Part shown: positions 8,414 through 17,716 of the stretch, piece by piece | Layout of the letters: the number at the start of each line of letters is the position of its first letter | How positions within the stretch are numbered: position 1 is the first letter of the stretch | Origin: Candidatus Sericytochromatia bacterium | GTDB lineage: Bacteria > Cyanobacteriota > Sericytochromatia > S15B-MN24 > UBA4093 | DNA: 37,910 bases | Reading direction: 5' to 3' | Assembly: GCA_036676495.1 (NCBI GenBank) | Contig: JAKFCT010000076.1 | Coordinates: 1-37,910 of the forward strand | Notes under the pieces: generated by a model | Told to the model about the DNA's origin: nothing | What the model saw: the letters and a program-made list of their open reading frames with translations, nothing else | Databases searched by the model: none | Position numbers and translations under genes: made by a program

Positions 8414-9255
8414 GCCTGCGTCTCGCGCTCGAAGGATTCCCAGAGATCCTGGCAATGACTGGGCACGATCAGGACCTCGGGGCGCTCCTGGCTCAGCGCA
8501 TGCAGGCCGCGCAGGGTCTCGGCGTAGGCCCGCTTATCCGAGAAAATCAGCTGAGCGACGGCACTGGGCAAGCGAAGCTCGGTGAACGAGCGGCTGGTCC
8601 AGCAGGCATCGCCCACCAGGAAGACCGGCCCCTTCTCGCTCTCGACCAGGAGACCGAAATGACCGTCGGCATGGCCCGGCAGAGGGACGGCGATGAGCAT
8701 GCCGTCTCCGAAGAGGTCGTAGCCCGTCTTGAAAGGGCCCAGCCGTCCTGCGAGATCGACCGTCGGGGCGGCCTCGAAGGCCTTGAGGCGCCGCGCGAAG
8801 TCCGCCGGGAGCAGGCCCGGCAGGAAGCCCTTGGTCAGCGCCGCGAATCCCTTGAGGGAGCGAAGTGCCGAGTAGCCGTCCTCCGAGCAGTAGAAGCGGG
8901 CGGAGGGGAAGTCCCCGAGGGCGGCGATGTGATCGCCGTGGAAATGGGAGAGGATCACGTGCCGGACGTCCTCGGCCCGGTAGCCGAGCGCGTCGAGCTG
9001 CGTGAGCGCCGAGTCCTCCGGACGGTAATAAACCGGGGTGAGGCGCGCGTACAGGACGTTCGGGAAGTGGGCGGTCTCCGCGTGGAAACGCTCGGAGTAG
9101 CCCGTGTCGAAGAGCATGAGGCCCTCCGTCGGGTGTTCAATCACTCCGACCATGGCCGGAAACCGGCAAGGTTGCCAGGATCCGCCGCCCAGCACGACGC
9201 GTTCGGGGTGGGTGCAGTATCCGGCCTGGATCATCCGAAGCTTAACCGGCATCAT
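8410..9255 (-). CDS. Metallo-beta-lactamase-fold hydrolase (GumP-like)
   Basis: FDTGY, SHFHGDH (HxHxDH), PGH, GDA and PSHC metal-binding motifs. Confidence 0.9.
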   Translation of the reverse strand: MMPVKLRMIQAGYCTHPERVVLGGGSWQPCRFPAMVGVIEHPTEGLMLFDTGYSERFHAETAHFPNVLYARLTPVYYRPEDSALTQLDALGYRAEDVRHVILSHFHGDHIAALGDFPSARFYCSEDGYSALRSLKGFAALTKGFLPGLLPADFARRLKAFEAAPTVDLAGRLGPFKTGYDLFGDGMLIAVPLPGHADGHFGLLVESEKGPVFLVGDACWTSRSFTELRLPSAVAQLIFSDKRAYAETLRGLHALSQERPEVLIVPSHCQDLWESFERETQA

Positions 9256-10240
9256 GAGTCTCCTTCCACCAGACGACGAACTCGCTGAGCCCCTCGTCCA
9301 GGGAGTATCGAGGGGTATAACCGAGGTCCCGACGGGCTGCCGAGATGTCGAGGGTCTGGCTCCTGGCCAGCACGTTGACGCTGTAGCGGGTCAAGAGGGG
9401 TTCGCGCCCGCCCAGAAAGGCGTGCGCGGCCGCTTCCATGGCTCCCGCGAGGCCGTAGGCGACGGGGTAGCGCATGGGCCGGAAGCGGGCGGGCATGTCG
9501 AGCGCGGCGAAGAGCTTCGATAGAAGGTGACGCATGCGGACGGTCTCGCCGTTGGTGATGTTGTACTTCTTACCGAGGACATGGTCGGGGGCGGCTTCGC
9601 AGAGCAGCAAGGCCTCGACGACGTTGTCCACGTACGTGACGTCCACCCATGGCCCTTCCGGACCGAAGAGCGGCAGGGCGCCGCGCTGGTTGGCGCGAAT
9701 GAGGCGGGGCAGGATGGTGGTGTCGCCGGGCCCAAAGAGCGCGCGCGGCCGAATGGTCACCACGGGCAGGCCATGGGCATGGGCGGCGTCTACAAGGGTC
9801 TCGGCCATGCGCTTGGTCGCCGCGTAAGCATTCACCGGCGTCTCGGCGAGAGGATCCTCCTCGGAGACGCCGAGCCGCTCCTCGGTGTTGAAGTAGAGGC
9901 TCGGAGTCGAGACGTGGACGAGCCGGCGAATGCCGTGCGTCCGGCAGCCCTCGACGACGTTCCGGGTGCCCTCGACGTTGGCCTTGTAGAACGCGGGGTA
10001 AGGCCCCCAGGGCGACGAAAGGGCGCCCGAATGAAAGACCACTTCCTGGTCGCGGCACGCCTCGACGATGGCGTGGCGATCGCCCAGATCCGCCGACACG
10101 AAGCGGACGCCTTGCTCCTCCAGCCAGCGGCCCGCCTCGGGGTTGCGGCCGATCCCCACGACCTCATGGCCGTCCGCGGCAAGCCGCTTGGCGAGCCGCT
10201 TCCCGAGAAAGCCGGTGGCTCCGGTCACGAGTGCTTTCAT
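9242..10240 (-). CDS. Extended SDR / NAD-dependent epimerase-dehydratase (3-beta-HSD/OleD-like)
   Basis: TGATGFLG Rossmann motif, HVSTPS, YAATK (YxxxK); start set at ATG 10240 after GGAGG. Confidence 0.9.
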   Translation of the reverse strand: MKALVTGATGFLGKRLAKRLAADGHEVVGIGRNPEAGRWLEEQGVRFVSADLGDRHAIVEACRDQEVVFHSGALSSPWGPYPAFYKANVEGTRNVVEGCRTHGIRRLVHVSTPSLYFNTEERLGVSEEDPLAETPVNAYAATKRMAETLVDAAHAHGLPVVTIRPRALFGPGDTTILPRLIRANQRGALPLFGPEGPWVDVTYVDNVVEALLLCEAAPDHVLGKKYNITNGETVRMRHLLSKLFAALDMPARFRPMRYPVAYGLAGAMEAAAHAFLGGREPLLTRYSVNVLARSQTLDISAARRDLGYTPRYSLDEGLSEFVVWWKETHDAG

Positions 10241-10295
10241 CGCGCCTCCGCGCCGGAGAGCCTGTTTGAATGGCCATTCGGCCTGAAGATAGGGC

Positions 10296-11462
10296 TCATT
10301 GGTCTCCATTCCATTCGATGTCCCAGGTGCTGGCCTCGATCAGGGAAAGGCGCTCCCGCTGGGCGATGCGCCCGAGGCTCGCGAGAAGCACGGCTTGCTG
10401 CCAGAGCGGCTTGGGGTCCTCCCACCGGAATAACGCATCCTGCGCCGAGCGGAACGCGGTGGTCCAGTCGCCGAACTCGCGGGGCGAGCGAAGCTTGGGC
10501 AGCGCATAGACCAGCATGGCGAGGCCGAGCATGCTCCGCGTGTCGGGGCGGGGGCGAGCCATCGCGTCGCGGGTGCCCAGCAGGGCCTCCACCAGACCGT
10601 CCTCCGGCCCGAAGAGGTGCACCCCGCTGGTGGCACGCGGGTTGCATTCCAGGGGGTAGAGCGTCCCGTCCGCCGCCTCGATGAAGTCGAAGGAGATCTG
10701 CCCGGTGAGTTGCCGGGAGGCGACGAAGTCCCGGACCCAGCCCTCGAGCGCGGCATGTTCGAGCGGAGCGAAGTAGATGCTGGCCCCGGGCCCCGCCGTG
10801 TAGTCGCCCCGATAAGCCGCATGAGCCAAGAGACGCCCCTCTCGGGCCACCGCGTACGAGCAGAACATCGGCCCCGCCACATACTCCTGGGCTACCCACG
10901 GCTGAGAGGCCGTGGCGGCAAGGTTCGGAGGGGGATCGCCGTTGCGGTGGATCCGCACATGGGTGCCGAAGCGAGAGAAGACGGGCTTGAAGACGATCGA
11001 CGCGCCCTCGGGGAAGGCGGCGATCGCCGCGTCGAGACTCTCCGGGCCCTCCACCAGGTGGGTCCTGGGAACCCGGATGCCAGGGGTCTGCGCGCCTTCG
11101 AGGTCGACGATGAACTGCCACTTGCTGTGAAGGCGGCGCAGCTGCTCCGGGCCGGGGGCCAGCACCTCGCAGGAAAGGCGATCGCCGCCCGCCGCGACGT
11201 GGAAGACCTCCTCGCAGGTCGGGATCAGCAGGTCGATCCCTTCCGCCCGGATGACGGCGTCGAGGGCATCGAGGAAGCCCTCCCGGTCGAAGCGCGGCGA
11301 AGGGACGACGTGGTTGCGGTGAACGGCCTTCGAGGCCCGGCAGAGATGCTCGGGGAGGCTCTCGGCCACGTGAACCGTGTGCCCCGCCCCGTGGAAGAGG
11401 CGGGCCAATTCGAGCGTGACGGGAGCCCGCCCGCCGGTCAGCAGGACGCGCCTAGTACTCAA
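10296..11462 (-). CDS. ATP-grasp domain protein
   Basis: LLIPTCEE, LHSKW, FKPVFSRFG, QEYVAG, SFDF and LECNPRATSG; TTG start overlaps the KSIII stop. Confidence 0.85.
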   Translation of the reverse strand: MSTRRVLLTGGRAPVTLELARLFHGAGHTVHVAESLPEHLCRASKAVHRNHVVPSPRFDREGFLDALDAVIRAEGIDLLIPTCEEVFHVAAGGDRLSCEVLAPGPEQLRRLHSKWQFIVDLEGAQTPGIRVPRTHLVEGPESLDAAIAAFPEGASIVFKPVFSRFGTHVRIHRNGDPPPNLAATASQPWVAQEYVAGPMFCSYAVAREGRLLAHAAYRGDYTAGPGASIYFAPLEHAALEGWVRDFVASRQLTGQISFDFIEAADGTLYPLECNPRATSGVHLFGPEDGLVEALLGTRDAMARPRPDTRSMLGLAMLVYALPKLRSPREFGDWTTAFRSAQDALFRWEDPKPLWQQAVLLASLGRIAQRERLSLIEASTWDIEWNGDQ

Positions 11463-12459
11463 AGAGCAAGGCCCCCATGGAGAAGCCGGCCGAAGTGCCC
11501 AGCAGCATGGCGCGATCGCCCCGCTTCAGCTTGCCGCGCGTGATGGCCTCATGCAGCGCCATCGGGATGGAGGCCGCGATGGTGTTCCCGAACTCGGGAG
11601 CGATCACCATGAACTTCTCGGGCGGCACGCCGAGCCGGCGCTGGACCAGCCACATCGCCGTCGGGCTCGCCTGATGCGGCAGGACCATGTCGACCTCCGA
11701 CAAGGACGAGCCGACCTGCTCGAAGAAGCGCTCCACGAAGCCCGGAAGCTGCTGAGCCGTGTACTTGAAGACCGCCTTGCCGTCCATCTCGAAGAGAGCG
11801 TACTCGGAAACGTAGGCCTCCAGGCCCGAGGCCTGCCGGGGATGGTAACGGGTGCCTCCGGCACGCAGGCGCGTCAGCTCGGAGCCCTCGCTGTAGGTTT
11901 CCATGCGAGCCCCGAAGATCCGGGAGGTTTCGCCGTCCTTGGCCCGGCCGATCACGGCGGCGGCGGCGCCGTCCCCCATGATGGTGGCGGACTCGCGATC
12001 GCTCCAGTCGAGACCGACCGAGGCGATCTCGCTGGCGACCAGGAGCACGCGCTCGTAACGGCCCGCGGCGATCAGGTGGCTCACGACGTCCAGGCCCGTC
12101 AGGAAGCTCAGGCAGGTCGAGTTGACGTCGAAGGAGGGAATGCCCGACGTCTCCAGCCCCAGGGCCTTCTGGACGAGCGATGCGGTGCAGGGGATGGCCT
12201 GCTCCTGCCCCCCGCAGACCCCCACGATGGCATCCAGGTCGGAGGCCTCGAGGCCCGCCGCGTCGAGGGCCGCCCGTGCCGCCTGGGCTCCCATGCTGCT
12301 GGTGGTCTCCCCGTCGGCGAAGTAGCGCGTGAGCACGCCGGATTGCTTGGCGACCGTTCCCGGCGCGAGGCCGAGGCGGCGGTCCATGTCGGCGGCCGTG
12401 ACGGCCGTCGCGGGAAGGGCCTTGCCGGTACCGAGGATGCGAACGGGAAGCGAGGACAT
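11452..12459 (-). CDS. 3-oxoacyl-ACP synthase III-like (FabH/OleA/GumO-type) condensing enzyme
   Basis: Cys-His-Asn triad in STCLSF, HQAS and GNTIAAS; GDGAAA motif. Confidence 0.9.
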   Translation of the reverse strand: MSSLPVRILGTGKALPATAVTAADMDRRLGLAPGTVAKQSGVLTRYFADGETTSSMGAQAARAALDAAGLEASDLDAIVGVCGGQEQAIPCTASLVQKALGLETSGIPSFDVNSTCLSFLTGLDVVSHLIAAGRYERVLLVASEIASVGLDWSDRESATIMGDGAAAAVIGRAKDGETSRIFGARMETYSEGSELTRLRAGGTRYHPRQASGLEAYVSEYALFEMDGKAVFKYTAQQLPGFVERFFEQVGSSLSEVDMVLPHQASPTAMWLVQRRLGVPPEKFMVIAPEFGNTIAASIPMALHEAITRGKLKRGDRAMLLGTSAGFSMGALLFEY

Positions 12460-12488
12460 CAGGAACTCCTTGCGGGTCTTGCCGTGGA

Positions 12489-12836
12489 CTAAGCGCGAAC
12501 GTCTCCGGACCGAACCTCATCCAGGCGAACCTCGGCGAGGCGAACCTCAGAGAGGCGCGCCTGGATGAAGACGATCAACGACGCCAGGGTGAAAGCGGGA
12601 TCCGGGGCGTCCTGCTGGTCGACCACCCAGTCGACCAGGGTGAAGCAGCTGTCGAACGCCACCTCGACCCGCGTGGCGATTTCGACCAGGTGGAAGGAAT
12701 CGATGCCCAGGTCCATGGTCAGGGAGGTTTCGGGGGTGAGATCGTCCGGGGGAAGGTCGACTCCGGCGTCCAGGAGCACCTCCTGGAGCAGGGTGAGGAT
12801 CTCGGCGGTCGTGAGACCGGGTTTGGGTTCAGACAT
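12489..12836 (-). CDS. Acyl carrier protein
   Basis: DLGIDSF phosphopantetheine motif; acidic; overlaps the FAAL stop. Confidence 0.85.
   Translation of the reverse strand: MSEPKPGLTTAEILTLLQEVLLDAGVDLPPDDLTPETSLTMDLGIDSFHLVEIATRVEVAFDSCFTLVDWVVDQQDAPDPAFTLASLIVFIQARLSEVRLAEVRLDEVRSGDVRA
12496..12555 (+). repeat. 15-bp tandem repeat (four units) encoding the ACP tail
   Basis: CGAAC recurs at 12496, 12511, 12526 and 12541; encodes LSEVR-LAEVR-LDEVR-SGDVR. Confidence 0.7.
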
Positions 12837-14640
12837 CTTGCGGCTCCCTTCCGAGGTGGGCGGCGACGCGCTGCGCCATGGCGCGCCCCACGATGCGGGT
12901 CTTGGTCAGCAGGCCGGGCTCGGCGGGAGCGGTAAGCGCCCCTTGCAGCCAGCCCTGGCGGGCCTTGTCCCGCTGGATCTTTCCCGAAGAGGTCTTGGGG
13001 AGCACGCCGGGCTCGACCAGCCTCACCTCGTCCGGCTGAACTCCCAGGGCATGGGAGATGCGCGAGGCGATCGCCCTGGCGAGCGTCGCATGCTCCTCGG
13101 CGGACGCGCGGGTTTCGGCCAAGACCACGATCCGCTCGGTGCCGCTCCCGGGATCCGAGGTGCCGAAGGCCGCCACGCAGCCTTGACGCACGCCTTCCAC
13201 CTCCGCGGCCAGCGATTCAAAATCCTGGGGCGCGTAGTTGCGCCCTCCCTTGAGGATCAGGTCCTTGATCCGGCCCACGATGAAGACCTCTTCGCCCACC
13301 ATGTACCCCAGGTCCCCGGTCTTGAGCCAACCGTCGACGAAGGCGGCTTCCGTCGCCTCGGGATCCCCCATGTAACCCGCCATGACGGAGGGCCCCCGGA
13401 GCTGGATCTCCCCGGTCATGCGCTCGGGTAAGGCCTGACCCTCGGGAGTGGCGATCCGCATGCGATAGCCGGACAGAGCGCGCCCCACCGAAACGATCCG
13501 GGCTTCCCGGCGCGCGCCCCTGTCGTCATCCCCCCCGACCTCGCCCTCGAAAGGCACGGCCTTCCCCGAGGCTTCCAGCTCCTCTCCGGCGATCCGGTCG
13601 ACCCACATCCCGCGGCGCATGGGGGGCGCCGAGGCCGCCACGGCCACCTCCGCCATGCCGTAGACGGGCGTGAGGGCTTTGGCATCGAAGCCATAGGGCG
13701 CCAGCCGACGGCCGAAGGCCTCCAGGGTCCCCGGAAGGATCGGCTCGGCGCCGCAAGCGGCCAATCGCCACGTCGACAGATCGAGTCCCTCCAGCTGGGC
13801 ATCGGTCACCCGGTTGAGGACGAGCTGATAGGCGAAGTTCGGGGCGGTCGAGATGGTGGCGCGGAAGCGGTGAATCGCCCAGAGCCAGCGCTTCACGTCG
13901 AGCAGGAAGACCTGAGGGGACATCAGCATGACCGGGGTCCCGCCGTATAGCGGCATCAGAAGCGTGCCGATCAGGCCCATGTCGTGGTAGAGCGGCAACC
14001 AGGACACCGTCCGGTCCTCGGGAGTTATCTCGATGGCTTTCAGGAAGGCCTCGAGGTTGGCGAGCAAAGCCGCATGCGTGAGCATGACGCCCCGCGGGGA
14101 GCGGGTGCTCCCGGACGTGAACTGGATCAGGGCGAGCGCCCCGGGATCCTCCGGAGGCGGCAAGTAGCGGCCTCCCCCCCTCAGAGCATCGGGAGTCATG
14201 ACGAGGGCCCGGGACCCGGCCGCGAGGGCGGCGGACTCCGTGACGAGGCGGGCGCGGTCCATGGCCAGCAGGAGGCGGGGCTCGGCCCGGCGGATCAAGG
14301 CCGCGAGGTGGGCCTCGTAGTCCGCCACCCCCTTGGTGCGGGCCGGAGGATAGAAGGGGACCGGCACGGCTCCCGCGAGCGAGATGCCGAAAAACGCCTC
14401 GAGGAAGTCGACCCCGGTGGGAAGCCCCAGCATGACGCGATCGCCCGGTTTCACCCCGTGGGCCTGCAATGCCGCCGCCGCCCCTTGAGCGGCCTCCCAG
14501 AGCGCACGGTAGCTCAACAGGACCTCTCCGCCGCGATCCTCGGCGAGATGGACCAGGAGCGCATCGCCGTGCTCCTCCGCCCGCTGCCGAAGCAACGCCG
14601 GAAGCGTCTGAGGGGGTGAAGTCGTACGGAAATCAGCCAT
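12829..14640 (-). CDS. Fatty acyl-AMP ligase (FAAL)
   Basis: QFTSGST, SWLPLYHDMGLIG, YGMAE, TGDLG, PKTSSGK; extra segment between YGMAE and VSVG at the FAAL-specific insertion position; adjacent ACP. Confidence 0.9.
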   Translation of the reverse strand: MADFRTTSPPQTLPALLRQRAEEHGDALLVHLAEDRGGEVLLSYRALWEAAQGAAAALQAHGVKPGDRVMLGLPTGVDFLEAFFGISLAGAVPVPFYPPARTKGVADYEAHLAALIRRAEPRLLLAMDRARLVTESAALAAGSRALVMTPDALRGGGRYLPPPEDPGALALIQFTSGSTRSPRGVMLTHAALLANLEAFLKAIEITPEDRTVSWLPLYHDMGLIGTLLMPLYGGTPVMLMSPQVFLLDVKRWLWAIHRFRATISTAPNFAYQLVLNRVTDAQLEGLDLSTWRLAACGAEPILPGTLEAFGRRLAPYGFDAKALTPVYGMAEVAVAASAPPMRRGMWVDRIAGEELEASGKAVPFEGEVGGDDDRGARREARIVSVGRALSGYRMRIATPEGQALPERMTGEIQLRGPSVMAGYMGDPEATEAAFVDGWLKTGDLGYMVGEEVFIVGRIKDLILKGGRNYAPQDFESLAAEVEGVRQGCVAAFGTSDPGSGTERIVVLAETRASAEEHATLARAIASRISHALGVQPDEVRLVEPGVLPKTSSGKIQRDKARQGWLQGALTAPAEPGLLTKTRIVGRAMAQRVAAHLGREPQDV

Positions 14641-14648
14641 GCGAGGTC

Positions 14649-14657
14649 ATTATACCA
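14649..14657 (-). promoter_or_regulatory. Extended -10 element, likely leaderless transcript of the FAAL operon
   Basis: TG-G-TATAAT ends 8 nt before the ATG at 14640; no Shine-Dalgarno in between. Confidence 0.6.
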
Positions 14658-14709
14658 ACGTCCCCCCCGAAACTTTCTCAGCGCGGGTGCTTGCGGAGCC
14701 GCCGCCCCT

Positions 14710-14766
14710 CCGTCATTCCCGCGAACACGGGAATCCACTGGACTCCCGCTTTCGCGGGAGTGACGG
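14710..14766. repeat. GTCATTCCCGCG-type palindromic element (dRS3/REP-like)
   Basis: CCGTCATTCCCGCGAACACGGGAATCCA-C-TGGACTCCCGCTTTCGCGGGAGTGACGG; contains ATTCCC-N8-GGGAAT; second copy at 21247-21309. Confidence 0.85.
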
Positions 14767-14839
14767 GGCCCATGCGCTCCCGTGACTCCCCGCCGAAGCA
14801 AGGGTAAGAAGAGGACATTCGCCCGTCACAGGAGGCCTC

Positions 14840-15547
14840 ATGCGCAAGCTGGTAGAGAAACTGGCCAAAATCGGAGACATCGTGCTCCTGCTGCTCCGCT
14901 TCAGCCGCTTGATCATCAACCCGAAGGACATCTCCCCCATCTTCAAGGCCCGCACCTTCCGGAACCACATGAGCAACCAGCTGGCGCTCGCAAGCCTGCG
15001 CGCGAACCCCGCCGCCGCCGCTCTGATCGAATCGCGCTACCTCAACCCGACGCCTATCGCCCCCGAGAGCCTCCTCGGCTACCCGCCCGGCACCCTGGGC
15101 CACGAATTCGGCGCTTACATGACCCGGCACCAACTCGACGTCGTCTTCTATCCTCCCCTCGAGGACAAAGAAGACGATGACATCTCGTACGTGCGCATGC
15201 GCGCCCGCCAAACCCACGACATCCACCACCTGGTCCTGGGTTTCCCGCCGGAAGGCGCCGGAGAGATGGCCATCTCCGGCTTTTACTTGGCCCAAAACCG
15301 CATCCCCCTCTCCTCCCTGCTGATCGGCTTCGGCTTCCTCTACACCACCCTCCGCGAGCCCGAGCGCCTCGGCGACCTCATGGAATGCGTCATCCAGGGC
15401 TGGAACATGGGCAAGCAAGCCGAATGCTTCCTCGGCGTGAAGTGGGAAGAGCACTGGGACACCCCCCTCGACGAGCTCCGCGCCATGCTGCGCGTCCCCC
15501 CCGCCCCGGACCCCCTGCCCCTCACCGTCCGCGACTATGCGATTTAA
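14840..15547 (+). CDS. Coq4 family protein
   Basis: PPGTLG and THDIHHLVLGFPPEGAGE (HDxxH-x11-E metal motif); GGAGG RBS. Confidence 0.85.
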   Translation: MRKLVEKLAKIGDIVLLLLRFSRLIINPKDISPIFKARTFRNHMSNQLALASLRANPAAAALIESRYLNPTPIAPESLLGYPPGTLGHEFGAYMTRHQLDVVFYPPLEDKEDDDISYVRMRARQTHDIHHLVLGFPPEGAGEMAISGFYLAQNRIPLSSLLIGFGFLYTTLREPERLGDLMECVIQGWNMGKQAECFLGVKWEEHWDTPLDELRAMLRVPPAPDPLPLTVRDYAI

Positions 15548-17711
15548 GCCCCGCCTCGTCCTGGGCGGCTGGCTCGCCTCGATCGTCGCGTGTCTCCTGG
15601 TTCTGACGCTGCGGCCGGTCGCCATTCCAGACGTCGCGCTCTCCGGAGCTCCCGGGACGGCCGCCCATGAGGTCGAGGAGATTCTCCAACGGGATTTCGG
15701 CCAGCAACTCGGCAGTACGGCAGGCCTGGTGGTCGAAGGGAAGGTGGAGGCCCCCGCCCTCGAAAACGACCTGCGCGCCGCCGTCCCCGCGATCCGCAGC
15801 CTCCGCGAGATCCGCTCCGAGAAGGCGCACGACGTCCGGCTCTTCCAGCTCTCCTTCGACCCCGAGCTGAGCCTGAGCGCGGCCCAAAACCTGACCCCGT
15901 CCATCCGTGACGCCCTGAGCGCGATCTCGAAGGGCCGCTTCAAGACCTGGCTCACCGGCTCCACGGCCTTCCAGCACGACGCCAAGGCCCAGAGCCACCG
16001 CGACTCGCGGCGCAGCGAAGGGCTTTCCCTCCTGGTCTCCCTTTTCGTGCTGGTGCTGATCTTCGGGGCCCTGAGCGCCGCGTTGATCCCCCTCCTGGTC
16101 GGAGCCAGCACGATCCTCTACTTCAACGCCGCCATGGCCCTCCTGGGCCTCCCGATGTCCCCCGTCTCCCGGGTGCTGTCCTCCCTGCTGGGGCTGGCCC
16201 TGGCCATCGACTACGCCATCTTCCTGGTGGGACGCTTCCGCGAGGAGCAGCGTCACGGAGCGAGCCCCGCCGACGCCCTGGCCGCCACCTGGCACCACCC
16301 CCGCCGCACCATCGTCACCGCCGCCCTCGTCATGGCCGCGAGCCTCCTGCCCCTCGCCCTCCCGGACGTCTCGATCAGCCGGGTGACCGTCATGAACCTC
16401 CTCATGGTGATCGGCCTCTCGCTCGGCACCACCCTGCTGCTGGTGCCGGCCATGCTCACCTTGAAGCCGTCCCTGCTCGACTGGCCCCGCCCCCTCGCCC
16501 GCGCCATCGGGAAGCTCGACCCCGAGCGCTACTGGGAACCCTTCGCGCGGCACGTCGTCCGGCACCCCGTCCGCTACCTCCTGCTCTCAGTCGCCATCGT
16601 CGCCGCGCTCGCGCTGCCGGCGAGCCGCATGCAGCTCTGGGAGCCGGTGCAGGCGCTCGCCCCCAAGGACTCCGAGTCCTTCCGCGGCTACCAGCGCCTC
16701 CAAGCCAGCGGCTGGAGCGGCGAACTCATGCCCGTCATCCTGGCCGTGAAGGCCCCCCCCGGCACCACTGTGCTCGATGCCGAGACCGTCCATGCCGTCG
16801 CCACCCTCACCCGAACGCTTCAGGCCCACCCCCGGGTGGCCGAGGTCACCAGCCTCACCACCTGGAAACCCGGCTTCACCACCGAAGACTACGTCACCGC
16901 CCTTGCCATGCTCAAACGCCTCGGCCCCTGGGCCCCCACCACCGAGCTGGAGGCCCTCGTAAACGTCTCGAACGGCAGCACCGTCACCCTGCTGGCCGTC
17001 GCCCCACGGGATCTGATGGCCCTCGACGACACCCGCGCCATCCTGAACGCCGTCCAGTCCTACTCCGACACGAATCCCGAGATCAACGTGCTCGCCGGAG
17101 GCGTCGTCGCCCGGGTCCAGGACTTCACCCACGAGCTCTACCGTCCCCTCCCCCTCATGATCGCCGGCGTGATCGGAAGCGTCCTCCTCCTGCTCACCGT
17201 CGCCCTGAAGAGCGTCGTGATCCCCGTCAAGGCCGCCATCATCAACTTCGCCCCCATCGTCGGCGCCCTCGGGCTCCTCACCCTGGTCTTCCAGGACGGC
17301 TGGCTCCATCCCCTCCTGGGCACCCCCGTGAACGGGGCCGTGACCAACCTCGTGCCGATCCTGGTCTTCTGCCTGACGTTCGGGCTGAGCATGGACTACG
17401 AGATCCTGATCATGAGCCGCATCCAGGAGGCGTACCGGCGGGGGAAAGACATGGAGGAGGCCATCGTGGAGGGAATGAGCCGCTCGGGCTCGCTCATCAC
17501 CGGAGCCGTGCTGATCCTCCTGGGGGTCTTCGCCACCGGCATCGCCTCGTCGTCGCCCCAGACTCAGGAGGTCTGCCTCGGGCTCTCGGCGGCGCTTCTG
17601 CTGGATGCCACCGTGGTGCGCTTCCTGCTGGTCCCGGCCTTGATGCGCCTGATGGGGCGCTGGAACTGGTGGATTCCAAGCCTGCACAGGCGGGGACGCC
17701 TGCGCCACTGA
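15537..17711 (+). CDS. MMPL family (RND-like) lipid transporter
   Basis: Two TM repeats with ALAIDYAIFLVGRFREE and GLSMDYEILIMSRIQE, plus LLDATVVRFLLVPA and GRWNWW; overlaps the Coq4 gene. Confidence 0.92.
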   Translation: MRFKPRLVLGGWLASIVACLLVLTLRPVAIPDVALSGAPGTAAHEVEEILQRDFGQQLGSTAGLVVEGKVEAPALENDLRAAVPAIRSLREIRSEKAHDVRLFQLSFDPELSLSAAQNLTPSIRDALSAISKGRFKTWLTGSTAFQHDAKAQSHRDSRRSEGLSLLVSLFVLVLIFGALSAALIPLLVGASTILYFNAAMALLGLPMSPVSRVLSSLLGLALAIDYAIFLVGRFREEQRHGASPADALAATWHHPRRTIVTAALVMAASLLPLALPDVSISRVTVMNLLMVIGLSLGTTLLLVPAMLTLKPSLLDWPRPLARAIGKLDPERYWEPFARHVVRHPVRYLLLSVAIVAALALPASRMQLWEPVQALAPKDSESFRGYQRLQASGWSGELMPVILAVKAPPGTTVLDAETVHAVATLTRTLQAHPRVAEVTSLTTWKPGFTTEDYVTALAMLKRLGPWAPTTELEALVNVSNGSTVTLLAVAPRDLMALDDTRAILNAVQSYSDTNPEINVLAGGVVARVQDFTHELYRPLPLMIAGVIGSVLLLLTVALKSVVIPVKAAIINFAPIVGALGLLTLVFQDGWLHPLLGTPVNGAVTNLVPILVFCLTFGLSMDYEILIMSRIQEAYRRGKDMEEAIVEGMSRSGSLITGAVLILLGVFATGIASSSPQTQEVCLGLSAALLLDATVVRFLLVPALMRLMGRWNWWIPSLHRRGRLRH

Positions 17712-17716
17712 CATCT

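Noticed and set aside
7097-12459. Calling the cluster oleABCD olefin biosynthesis or a coenzyme F390 pathway
   Set aside because: No alpha/beta-hydrolase OleB, the adenylating enzyme is F390/PaaK-like and not OleC-like, ATP-grasp/MBL/FAAL/ACP genes are extra, and there is no F420 context
14840-15547. Ubiquinone biosynthesis locus
   Set aside because: No ubi/coq pathway genes nearby; context is MMPL and FAAL
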